From assembly GCF_009914755.1 (NCBI RefSeq), contig NC_060938.1: a stretch of DNA of 64,000 nt. One strand, 5' to 3'. The stretch comes from the human T2T-CHM13v2.0 reference genome, Homo sapiens. The translations under genes were made by a program, and so were the position numbers. Below are positions 12,699 through 25,269 of the stretch, piece after piece (the stretch's first letter is position 1; the number at the start of each line of letters is the position of its first letter). The notes below the pieces were generated by a model. It saw nothing but the letters and a program-made list of their open reading frames with translations. It did not search any database and was not told where the DNA came from.

Positions 12699-14642
12699 GT
12701 ATATAGAGCTGATGGGAGAAGGGGAGGCATGTGAAGTGGTAGTGTGAGACAGCTAAATTCTATTCTATGTGGTACACATTAGTGGCTGTGTGGTTTGTTA
12801 TTTATCATCCTTATATTAGAGAGATAATTAATGCAGAAGAGAAAAATTATAATATTAAATAACAGTGGCTAACTTTATTCTAAGTAATGCTAATAGTCAT
12901 CTTTTATGTCTATTGTTGATAATTACTGCCTAATTACCATGTAGTATAATAATGATTATATATAGAGAGTCAAGTTCACTTTTGAAAGTTTCATCTGATT
13001 ACAAAACTAAATTTATTTTAGCCTTTTAAGTTACATGGTCATCCTTGAAACTTCCAAAATTAATGGGAATGTTTGTAATAAAGCTCACTTACACTTGTAA
13101 GTTTGCCTTAATTTTAGCAAAAAAAAAAAAAAATCCTCCTAGAGAGATGTCTGGAAGCATTTTATTAGATTATATTTGATCAGACAATAATTAAAAAAAT
13201 TTTCTTCCAAATAGTTCCATTTGGTGTCATATATGCTTCTTGAATCAATGTGGGGTGTCCACATCTACAGATTGGTCTGTGACTAATACTGCGTCCTCCA
13301 GCAGGATCTCTGAGTGCTCAGATTAACCTTAATACTCCCTCTTCCACCCCCAATAACAGCAGAAAATTTATCCTACCCTTCAAAGACAGCCTCTTCCCTC
13401 TGACATAGCCAGGGAGGGTTTGTGGAAGGGAGGAGGAGTGGGAGGGAGAGAGAGAGTGTGGGCTTTGATTAGCTCTTTTCTGGCTGGGTAGTGTCCTTTG
13501 GGGCTGCAGATTTCTGCTGTCTGGCTTCCAGGAAGGAAGCCTGGAGGGATTTCCTTTTGCCACTCCACAGAAGAGTGTAATATTCCCCACTGCTCTGCTT
13601 GATCAAGTGACATCACAACAAATACTTTCCAGGAAGATTCCTGCTGAAGCAGTCTTCTGGGGAAAAAGCAGTGCTATTTTCATTCCTTCATAGATTCAGG
13701 ACTCTTTCAGAAGCCCTTCCTATATTATAGCAATCAGTAAAATCAATCTACATCTCATATATAAAATGTATGTAAATATCATGCAGTTGACATGATATAA
13801 TATTTTGTTTTGCCGTTATATATTTAAATATTTTCTTAATTTAAATGTAGCGATGTTCTTATTTTACTTTAGGCCTCAAATATTTCTGTAGGACTTTGAA
13901 AAGCCATGAGCTTCAGACACTGTCCCTGGGGCCTGATAAAGGAAAGAGCTCTGGGCTACGGTGGCAGGATCTCTTGTGGACTTAGCCCTTCCAGTGCTTT
14001 GAAACAGCCTCTTCCTAGGGGCCACTGGGATCCTTCCCAGCTGACTTCCCTAACTTCGGATCTGGGGATTAGAGTTTCCATTTCTCCCTTGCAGGAGAGC
14101 TTATGGATCCTTGACAAGAGACAATTTCTCACCAGAAGTGTGGATTCCAAAGGCAGGAGCAGCCCCAGCTCATCCACACAGACCCTTTCCCCAACCTGGA
14201 TGCCTGCTTGTCCTATAGTCACATAACATCAAAGGTTCTCTCCCGGTACATTTCCTTTTCTGTCTAGATAGAGAAGTCTCCAGAGGAGTTCACTGGGAAT
14301 AAACAATAGAAAGAAAGTAAATGAGATAGATACCTCATTACCCATTGCAGGTCAAAACCATAGGAAAAAATCCCCATTCTTGAGTAGAGACCAGTAGTAC
14401 AAGATTCTGAGTGAGTCTACAATAATAGGTTTCCTTTGTTTCATCTGTTCTTATTTGATGTGATACTACAAGGAAAATATAAAGTTTTAGAAAGATGTGT
14501 ATTTTAATGCTTGTGTCACATGTATTTAGGAAGATGTATATCTTAATGCTTGTGTCATTGTGGAATCACAGTTAGAAGGAAGTTTAAGATAGCACATAAA
14601 ATAATGTTGCAAAATTAACAAAAGCTTATAACATTATTTCAG

Positions 14643-14716
14643 GATTTTAAACAAGCTGCACTGATAAGCCGGACTAACGGGAGCCTTTGTCACGCCACTG
14701 CCATGTGCCATCACAG
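14643..14716 (+). CDS. TTC6: TTC6 coding exon F (DFKQAALISRTNGSLCHATAMCHH-R)
   Basis: attatttcag|GAT, AG|gtatgg, 74 nt phase 0-2; supplies exactly the phase needed to join exon E to exon G. Confidence 0.85.
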
Positions 14717-17700
14717 GTATGGAGTGCAATTGATGTCAAAGTGGAATCAAGCAGGACCATCAGACTTATCTAATTATCACCCCATAAACAAGCCAGGAGA
14801 GAATGGAAGAAACTGGGAGAAATTGTGAATGTTATAGAGTACAAAAATGGGGAGGGACACAAAGAGTTCCCTGTGTAGACACGGGGACCACACTTAGTGT
14901 TCCTCAGCACCCTTCTGCCTTCTAATAGACTGTTTTACACAAATTAGCAGGCAAATGCTTCCATCATGGCATTGGGCAGAGTTCACCTGATCCAAGCATA
15001 GGTGCTGGGAAAGGATCGTGGCAATATGTAGAATAAAATTATGCATAGCTCGAAATATCTAAGCATAAAATAATTTATTTTGTTCATAAAGTGGGACTAT
15101 TATAAAGTCTCTTTCCTGGAAGAAAGGGTGATTTTTAAAAATTATGCATTTTTAAGATAATTTTGCATTTAAAAACATAACTAAATATAATACTAAGTAA
15201 AAAACACCAGGAAATATCTATAAAAAACACAATACGTAAAGCAAAATCACTTCTTCCTGGGTTTATTATAAAAATAAGTTATAGAAGAAGAGATGAAAAC
15301 ACTTACATAAGGTTAAAATATAGAAGATAATCAGCTTAAAATATACTCTGAAATAATATTATAGTATATAGACTTTGTTAGCCATAATGTTTATGTTTCT
15401 ACATATATATTTTACATCATAAAATTAACTTTTGGTAATTTTGCTTTTAAAATTATTGAGATTCAGCCTGCGAGGATTTTAATTTGTGATGAAATGTATT
15501 TGGTTAAATAATAGTTTATAGCTTTTTTTCCCCTAAGAAACAAATAATACCAGTTAATTTGGAGGATTAAGTTAGAATAGTTCCAAATTATGTAGACTGG
15601 GCTGTATAAATACCCAGTTTAGAGAGTGAAACATAGTTTGAATTATTTAGGAAATTGACATCCTTTTCTCTTTGAGGACATATATAGTACAGCTACATTC
15701 TCCTATGAAAGTTTTTTTTTTAATTTTATGAGCAGAGTAATACCATAACTGGAACTTCTGAAGGTGTCTTTGTGTTAAAAGGCCTAAACTGGTCTCAGAC
15801 CTTTCATTTTGTACAGACAGCAAAACCCGGTCTTACCATTGTCTATTTTAATCCAGCAACCTTTGTACAATCTATCTCTTTAAGTAATTGTCATTCTTAA
15901 GAGATGGAATAACGATGACTGATGTATTTGTTTTGGTGGGTGGGTGAAGACCAAAAGTGTCCGAGCTTGTTGCATTCTGTTAAAACTAAAAACAGGCTCC
16001 AAAACTACTCTCTACCTCACTCCTATGTTTAGCAACCATTAGAGCCAGTAAATTTCTCTGTATGTCAGTTCACAATCTCTTTTATGAAATGTAATCACTG
16101 GGTATATACAGGAGAGCCTCCTTAAGCTGATACTGCTTTGCAATTCCAAATAACCAATTTTCATAACCCAACTAGAATCTCTATTGTTCTTTAATAAAAG
16201 TAGAATTTAAATCAGCTGTAAACCTCTGAAAACTCAGAGTCCCAGTTCCACGTGTTTCGAGTTCTAAGTTTTGCTGAATTTCACAATATGGAGTGTTTAG
16301 TGATTGGTTATATTTATTTCAGGAAAAATATTTTTTGCTTTTCTAGGTGAGCTATAACAACCTTATACCACAGATGCATGGACTGTAACTATGGGGATTC
16401 ATTCCTGATGTGTCTTACAGTAGGGAAAGTAAACATTTTCTCATTAGGAAAAATTCTTTAAATAAATAAATTTTTAAATTTTAAGGCTTTGATCTTTGAT
16501 CTCGTGGGGTTGCAGACTTTTGAAGTATCCTTTGTATATCTCTGGTTCTCACTCTTGTGGTTGCTAGGAGACAACATTCCTTAGGCTTGAATATCCTACT
16601 TGTTGCCCAATTTAGTCACCACGAGTGTTATGGTAGAATTAATTTTTAGAACTGAGAATGCCACTTTCATATTTCAAAAAATAATATCATAGAGGGAGAT
16701 TACTCAGAGTTATATATCCTATCTACTTTTTACTTCAGCACATTTATTTTACTATTCTTACATATTGGGGCATAAAATATTTTTGAGTCTTTAACTCTTC
16801 AAGCCAGATTCTTTAGTTTGGGAGGGGATTTGTGATTTATTTGTACAACTCAGTAGGGCACATCTGGTCACATATGTGATTAATTTGGAAAATGCAGTGG
16901 GCCTTTGTGTCTGTGGCCTAGTGGACAAGCTCAGCACATGATCCCTTGTTCACAGAACGTCGTAAGTAGAATCATGCACCTCCAGTAAGTTATCATATTG
17001 CTCTAGATTTATGCGAACACATTTTATTTTAGAAAAACTCATTTAACATACTTTTACACTTGTGGTAACTGATGCTTAACAATTTATATCTCATTGAACG
17101 TGTAACCTGACAAGAACGTAGATATTCTGCCACATTTTCCCATTGGCTAACTGTCATGCAGTTACTTAACAAGGACTTCAACCTGTAGGACACTGTGACA
17201 GACATATATTCAGAGATGAAATTACTGTTTCTACAGTGGCATCTGCTCATTTTTTTTCTTCCTGGTCTATTGGTGCAGGAGGCTGGGAAGCCTCTGATTT
17301 TCAGCACTTTCACCTCCCTGGACTTGATTTTAGTCACTATCGGCTTTGAGGAGCTTGCTAGCTGTCTTTCAAGATCTCTTTTCAGCTTTAAGATTTAGTG
17401 AACATTTACTGGGTCTGAACAGACTAGCTGCTCATTAAACATTAGTGCTGATAACTTGATGGGTACAGAAAAATAGCTTCAATCACTGCCATTTGGTAAT
17501 TCACAACTTATATGACGTGGTGAGCTTCAGTTCGCTGCCTCATTTTTCTAATTGGTTAGGCTATACAGAAGGCAAGATTGTATTTCATAAACCATATATT
17601 AGAATATGTACTCACAAAGGATTTTTAATTTCACTGGGTAAGAGGGGCCAGGGTGTATGATGCAATTTGGATGTCAATATTACTAGGGGCATTTCAATGA

Positions 17701-17920
17701 ATTTGGTGGAGAATATAAGAGAAGGGGATTTCCCTGGAAATGTCCATTGACCTGGTCACCATAGGTATGCATCATAAGTAAATGCTTCACTACCCACAGA
17801 TAGAAATACTAAACACAACAAAACCTGTCAACTAAATGCATTTTACACAGAATGACTATTATTCCTGATAAGGAATTATTGTTATACTATAGTGAGAAGG
17901 CACTTGGAAAGGCAAAGTGG

Positions 17921-18144
<224 letters not shown>

Positions 18145-18427
18145 GAGATGGAGTCTTACTCTGTTGCCCAGGCTGGAGTACAATGGCATGATCTTGGCTC
18201 ACTGCAACCTTTGCCTCCTGGGTTCAAGCAATTCTCATGACTCAGCCTCCTAAGTAGCTGGGACTACAGGTGCATACTACCATGCCTGGCTAGTTTTTTG
18301 TACTTTTAGTAGAGAAGGGGTTTCACCATGTTGGGCAAGCTGGTCTTGAACTCCTGACCTCAGGTGATCCACCTGTCCTGGCCTCCCAAAGTGCTGGGAT
18401 GACAGACATGAGCTACTGTGCCCGGCC
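18145..18427 (-). mobile_element. AluS-type element
   Basis: Complete two-arm Alu, reverse complement. Confidence 0.95.
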
Positions 18428-18743
18428 TGACTTTTACTTCTTAAATAGTGCCAATTATCAGGAAAGAGAGCACAATTTCATTGTATACTACTTGAGGAAA
18501 GTGACCTTGTGTTGTCTGAGTAACTCAAAAGGCAGCATCTGATTCCCATATGTGGATGTTAACCTTTGCTTGCTTGTAACATCAGAAGCAAGCCTTCTTA
18601 ATGCTTCACTGTGGATTGTTGTGTGATCTTCTAGAAGAACACCTGTTGCACCACATTTGGGAAAACATGGAGCAAGTATTGCATGTACCTGTTATTTTTC
18701 ATGGCCTGGACAAGCATTAAAAAAATACTGTATCACATTGTGA

Positions 18744-19137
<394 letters not shown>

Positions 19138-20805
19138 AGAGCTAGTCTTTAAAAACTTTGTTTGTAATCAATGGTGCAGCACTCAGGCTGTGTTCTGCAG
19201 AATAAAGTATCCAGCTCCAAGCTTATCATTTTAGCTTATTATTTTATTTATGGCATGAGATAATTTTTCAACTTATGGTATTTAAATTAATTTGCTTTTA
19301 AAAATAAATATAGTTAAGTAAAAAAAGTAAGTTGACTTAAAAGAAAATATTTAGTAAATGATAGTGTAGGTGGAACCTGGGGCAACTTTCATGAAGGAAG
19401 GGGTAGTTTGGGAATCACTGGTTTAAGAGATACTCTTGAGTAACCTCTAGAAGATGATAATTTCTGGAACAGTTTATCCTGGGCTCCATGTATTTTATAA
19501 AGGAAAAATGGGCAAAGTAGTGATACATCTTACTAAAATTTGAAACCTGTTTGAGAAGTAATGAAGAGAATGGAAGGAAGATATAATCTTTATTGGGTGA
19601 AGGTTTCTGTGCTAGGTGTTCTTCACATGTTCTTATCTGAGCCTCATAACAACCTTGAAAAATTAATATTAATTTGCATGTTCAGGCTCAAATCTAAACT
19701 CCAAGACTTTCTTCTGGCTACCTTGTTGAGATACCAGCTCACTGTTTCTTGTGCACCAACCACAGGTATATAATAGGTGTAGAATGTGTGGTAGAGGTGG
19801 CTGTGTGGAAAAGCATGGATTTTGGAGTAAGGCTTACATGAATCTCAGATATTTTCTCTGTGCAAGCATAGTATGGTAGTTACTGTGCCATTACCTGTGT
19901 GCAGACTTTTCTGTGCCATAATTTTCCTTTCATATGTAAAATGTAGATAATTATAACTAGCTTACAGAATTGTTGGAAGTATTAAAGGAAATACCATATG
20001 TTAAGTATTTAGCACAGTACCTGGTAAGTAAACACTGCTAGTTGCTAGTATCCTTATTCCATTCCATTTTCAAAAATCCTAGACTCTCTCCATGTTAATT
20101 GAAACTAAATATTATTATTAGATATGCATATGAAATGGAGAAGTGACTTTATATGCCCATGAACAAACATTTGATGCCTTTAGCAGCCTTAACCTCCACC
20201 ACAAGAGAGTAATTAGGGAGGATAGAGAGAGTTATCATTTAGCCAAATACATTCACAAGTTGATAAATAAAATGCATTTTACTTTTTTCTCTCCCCTCCT
20301 CTCCTGGTGTCCACAGTGAAATGGCCTGCCTTTATAGGAGATCTGATGTAAGGACTCCCATGTGATGAAAATCTGGCTGTTTTCATTGTATAAGGAAATA
20401 TTAAATACATATAAATAAGTTTAATTTAATTTTGAAAGTACATTTCATCAATAGTAGCATATGTTTTTCTATACTGGTAATTGATACCTGTTAAAAACAG
20501 ATTTAAGAATGCCATGTGGACTTTAATAACTTGAGAAAGATCCAGAATATCATCCCATCACATTCTTCTATGAAAATGACCCTTTCTTGCCATCTTTCCT
20601 TTTACCAAAATCTTCGAAGGACCTGTCACACTTCCTTAGTCATATGGACTTATGTGCCTACCTCCTACAATGGGTAATAGAAATGGAGATTTTTTAATGA
20701 GTCAATTCAAATCTTTATGGAAAAGTCAGTTATAGGAAAACATTGTATATGTCACCAGAATGCATCAGTTCACCAGAAGGCATCAATATTTTTATTTATT
20801 TGCAG

Positions 20806-21016
20806 AATTAATGAGTTTGAAGAAGCTGTCAATTTCTTTACTTGGGCTCTTAAAATTAACCCATGTTTTCTGGATGCTTATGTTGGACGGGGAAATTCTT
20901 ACATGGAATACGGTCATGATGAAGCCACCAAGCAAGCACAGAAAGACTTTCTGAAAGCACTGCATATTAATCCAGCATACATAAAAGCCAGAATTAGTTT
21001 TGGCTATAATTTGCAG
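20806..21016 (+). CDS. TTC6: TTC6 coding exon G (INEFEEAVNFFTWALKINPCF...ARISFGYNLQ)
   Basis: tttatttgcag|A, CAG|gtaata, 211 nt phase 2-0; inside ORF 20717..21025. Confidence 0.92.
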
Positions 21017-21539
21017 GTAATATAGCAACATTTTGAGCATTAAAAGCATGTTTTGGGGAGAAAGAATATATTTGGCTCTTTCCTGGCAATGGGAGTATAT
21101 GTTATTTCTTTGGTTATGAACATTTACCTTTTCTTTACTTTTAGGTTCCAGAGTAGCAGTGGGAGCAGGGGTTTAGTTAGTTATAGAGAGGCTGCCTGGA
21201 TCTGGATCAGCCTGGGGAGCTGGTAGGCTGGTTAGATGAAAGTCTTTTGAACCTGAGCTTCCTTTATGTCTGCACCCCTCCCTACCTTCCTCCTCACTTA
21301 CAAACAACTTTTAAAATTTGCCTGATGAAGTTCATCTATAAGAACCTGGGTAACATTTATTTTACTAGCTTATATACCTAGGCCCCACAGGTTTTGTCCT
21401 GTTGCATTAGTGAAAAGCTAAAGGGAAGAAAATTAGCCATTACTGGATCACAGTAGAAATTTGCAAAGTCCATTTAAAGAGAGGGATTTCCAAGGCAGCT
21501 AGAGCTGACTGCAATCCAGTGAAATGTGTTAAGATCATC

Positions 21540-22100
21540 ATCATTCATTGCATTCAACAGACATTAACTGAGCCCTAAATGTAGAACGGAAACTGCTCTA
21601 GGCCTAGGGATATAGCAATGAACAAGATTATACTTCCTTCTTCTTGCAGAGTTTACTACCCAGTGGAGAGATAGGCATCAAACAATTAATCATATGAATA
21701 ATTGATTATAATCATGATAAGTGCAACAAAGGAAAAGGATGAGTTTTAGTATAACTTGTAGAAAAATAACCTAGCTTTGTTTGAGAGGTGAGAGAAAGTT
21801 TTTTGAGAAATTAACAATGTTGAGATGTGAAAGCAGGGGCCGTGGCTAGGATACAGTGTTCCGTAAAGTGGAACCAGCCCATCAGAAAGTCTTGTAAGAA
21901 AGAGACAAGAGGGCCCAAGTGAATGGAATGTTATGGGCAAAGGGAGCAGGGCATGAGATGAGGCTGGAGTTAAAGGCCTTATGGTCCAGTTAAAAATGTG
22001 AATTGCATTAATAGGAGAAGTGACATCAAATTTGCATTTTATGAAGATCTCACTGGGTGTATAGCAACCTGAAAAAGAATTGAAAAGCACAGGAGTGTAA
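21540..22100 (-). mobile_element. L2 3' region
   Basis: tcattcattgcattcaacagacattaactgag...ctagggatatagcaatgaacaag is the reverse complement of the L2 tail. Confidence 0.7.
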
Positions 22101-23253
22101 AGAATTGAGTCAGGAAGGAGGACTGCAAAAGGAGAGTTAGGCCCATCTGAGTTCTGTCCAGGGAAAGAGCAACAGTTTGTTCAACAAATACTTACAGATT
22201 CCCTTACTATTTGCCTAGCACTAGAAATATAGAAATGAGCACAACAGATGTGGTCTGGAGCAGATGACAGAGATCTTACTGTGAGGCAGTTTGCTATTTA
22301 ATATCCTAATAATCTAATCTCAATTTGCCTGATTCCTTGTTTATTAAATGAGCTTGTGTTGACAGTGTGGATTTACAAATGGTTTACCCAGAGAGAGAAG
22401 ATTTGATGGTCAGGAAACAGGGTCTTGTTCCCTTAACAGTTGTATTTCTTTTTACTTTTATATGAGAGTCCCTAGGCTCAGCTTGGTTAAAGTGAGTCAG
22501 CTTCCGAGATCTGGCAAGATGGGTTTTTTTAGCCCATCAGAAAAAAAGACAGACTCCAGACTGTACTGAATTTATTAACTCACTGCCTTTCTGTGGAGGC
22601 ATTTAGTTGCCAGCTGGTCTTCTCTAGGAAGCACTCTGACATCGTTCTGTTAACAATGCCCCTCTCCTGACCTTTTTCTTTCTTTTCCAGTTGGTATAAA
22701 CAGAAGCTTGGTAGATTTGCATGTATTTTCCATGGAATACGTATAGTGATACTAAAACTCCAGATGCTGGCGTGATTTATCAGAATATGTTTACACCATT
22801 AGTTTATTAATTTATTATTCAATACATATTTATGTTATTATGTATATTATGTATATATTATCTATAACTGGAGATTCAGTGCCAACCAAATAAATACAAT
22901 CCCTCCTTATGTGTGTGCAGCTCAATGCGCATTTTTCTGTGTTGGTAAAAACCACTGGCGTTTCACATGGTGGCTATGATTTTATGTTGTCCGGGATTGG
23001 TACAGGAGATGACTCGGAAGTTAAATTTATTTTAATTAATTAAAATTTCATCATAAATACTCAGAGGTAATTAGGCAACTGAATACAGCCACAGTATGCA
23101 TTCAGTATGCCTACTTTCTGGTTTGAAAGAACTTAGATTTAGCATGGCATAAATATACCCTTACTAAAGGTTTTATTTGATGGAGTCAGAATCATAAACG
23201 TTTGTCATGTTATGGAGTATTTCCTACTTCGTGTAATTGGAAAATTATTTTAG

Positions 23254-23406
23254 GCCCAAGGAAAATTCCAGAAAGCTTGGAACCACTTTACCATTGCCAT
23301 AGATACTGATCCAAAGAACTACCTAGCCTATGAAGGAAGAGCTGTGGTCTGTCTTCAGATGGGTAATAATTTTGCTGCAATGCAGGATATTAATGCTGCC
23401 ATGAAG
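23254..23406 (+). CDS. TTC6: TTC6 coding exon H (AQGKFQKAWNHFTIAIDTDPKNYLAYEGRAVVCLQMGNNFAAMQDINAAMK)
   Basis: attattttag|GCC, AAG|gtaaaa, 153 nt phase 0-0. Confidence 0.9.
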
Positions 23407-24254
23407 GTAAAAACCATCTTAGATTATATTATTATTAGCATAAATTAACACTGTCAATGAATAGGTGCAAGTAAGAAGTTCTCTGTTAGCTTTTTAAAGC
23501 GACTTATGGAGAAAATAATGTTTTGTATTTTTTTTTAACCCAAGTGATCCCTAGGGTAAAGAGTTATGGCTTGCCAATTTTATAACCGAAATGCACTAAA
23601 ACCCCAAAGTTCTGATAAATGTTGATCACTTTCAGTAAATACGCTTTATACTTTCATGGGACATCAATATTATTTTGTAATACAAAGTGAATGCATAACA
23701 TAAAATAATGTTCTAGGTTTGAAGGAACTAAAGAGAGAACAATGTAAATCCCCAGAATCTTCCTGTAGTGAAATGACAAGTAAAAATCTCATGTTGAATG
23801 CAGTGACAGAAACTCTTCTTTACTTCTAGCTTTTGGGTTTTGATTCTGTAGATTTGGGCAGATGTTGTAGTGTTTGAGATGAGAAAAAGGAAAGAACTGA
23901 AAGATAATTGCTACTACATAGGACAAATAAGCCTGTTAACTATTCAATTTAATTTATTCTCTAGCTTAACAGCTAAACAGATAAGCTTTTCCACTTTGTC
24001 TATTCCTTGGAAAGGAACTGAGTGAAAAAACACTAAGATTATTTGTTTTATTGCAACCAAATCAACAAAGTGTTGACACTAAACCAACTTCATACCAACT
24101 CCTTTCTCAAAATATTTGTTCTACTGGAGTTTTACATGCACTATAAAATTACTCATTTCCCACAAGTAGATTCCCTAATGTTCATTTTGGCAGACATGAC
24201 ATCAGAGGTAAATACTATTCCCCAATGTTAAATAATCATAATATTATACTGCAG

Positions 24255-24425
24255 ATCAGTACTACAGCAGAATTCTTAACAAATCGTGGGGTGATTCATG
24301 AGTTTATGGGCCACAAACAGAATGCAATGAAAGACTACCAAGATGCAATTACTCTAAACCCCAAGTACTCGCTGGCTTACTTTAATGCAGGAAATATCTA
24401 CTTTCACCACAGGCAGTTTTCCCAG
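24255..24425 (+). CDS. TTC6: TTC6 coding exon I (ISTTAEFLTNRGVIHEFMGHKQNAMKDYQDAITLNPKYSLAYFNAGNIYFHHRQFSQ)
   Basis: tactgcag|ATC, CAG|gtaatg, 171 nt phase 0-0; inside ORF 24225..24434. Confidence 0.92.
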
Positions 24426-24684
24426 GTAATGTGAGTTTTACTTAACGCTTTCTTTTTGACCTGGAATGCTTTCTTTATTATATATAGCTTCAAAGTATAA
24501 TTCATACAATCTCAGGCTAATAATGCATTGGCTATTAGCTCTTTTATTTAAAATGTTATCTTTCATAAGAATGTTTATAATTTATCCATTAAATATTTAT
24601 GCCTCTATGGATTTATTCTCCTCATTAACACTTGTAAACATTTTTTTCTTTCATATTTTATCATAATAAATGTCTTGCTAGAAT

Positions 24685-24850
24685 CTTATTGAGACATAAT
24701 TGACATACAACAAATCGCACATATTTAAAATGTACGATTTGATGTCTTGACATATGTGTACCCCTGCAAAATCATCACTACAATAAAGGTAATAAACATA
24801 TCTATCAGCACCAAAAGTTTTCTCATGCTCCTTGATATTTTATCCTTCTT
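24685..24850 (-). mobile_element. L1MB/L1MC-type 3' end fragment
   Basis: ttattgagacataattgacatac...gcacatatttaaaatgtac typical of an antisense L1M 3' terminus. Confidence 0.7.
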
Positions 24851-24856
24851 TCCCTG

Positions 24857-24963
24857 AAAAATATGAAATGCTTCATGAATTTGCATGTCATCCTTGCACA
24901 GGGGGCTTGCCAACCCTCTGTGTGTTGTTCCAGTTTTAGTGTATATGTTGCCGAAGTGAGCAT
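24857..24963 (-). pseudogene. U6 snRNA pseudogene (full length, diverged)
   Basis: Reverse complement atgctcacttcggcaacatatacactaaaactggaac...caaggatgacatgcaaattcatgaagcatttcatattttt aligns end to end with U6; ACAGAGA box and AGC triad region altered; no upstream TATA/PSE seen. Confidence 0.93.
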
Positions 24964-25269
24964 CCAGTAAACATCCTTTTGGACTTCCCCAAGTGTGAGG
25001 ACTTGCCTTGTGATATCTATTGTCACTAACTTCCAGCCTTGAATCCTCTGTTCTTTCCCCCACTTAGACTTCCTTCAAGACCCTCCTTATGATTATCTAA
25101 CTCACCTTAATTTATACTTTTTCCAAATTTCTGCCATGGGACCACTGGACTGGGAATAAGAAGACTTGGATTTTAGTTCTGGTTTTGTGTGACACCTTAA
25201 TCTCTTTGGACTTCAATTCATAATGTCTGAAACAAAAATGTTGGGTCATTAGATGATGATATTTTCTAT

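Noticed and set aside
13411-13447. G-quadruplex candidate (gggaggg...ggg...gggaggg)
   Set aside because: Long irregular loops in a purine-rich low-complexity patch; weak support
24857-24963. Functional U6 gene
   Set aside because: Many substitutions including the ACAGAGA and AGC regions; no TATA/PSE upstream
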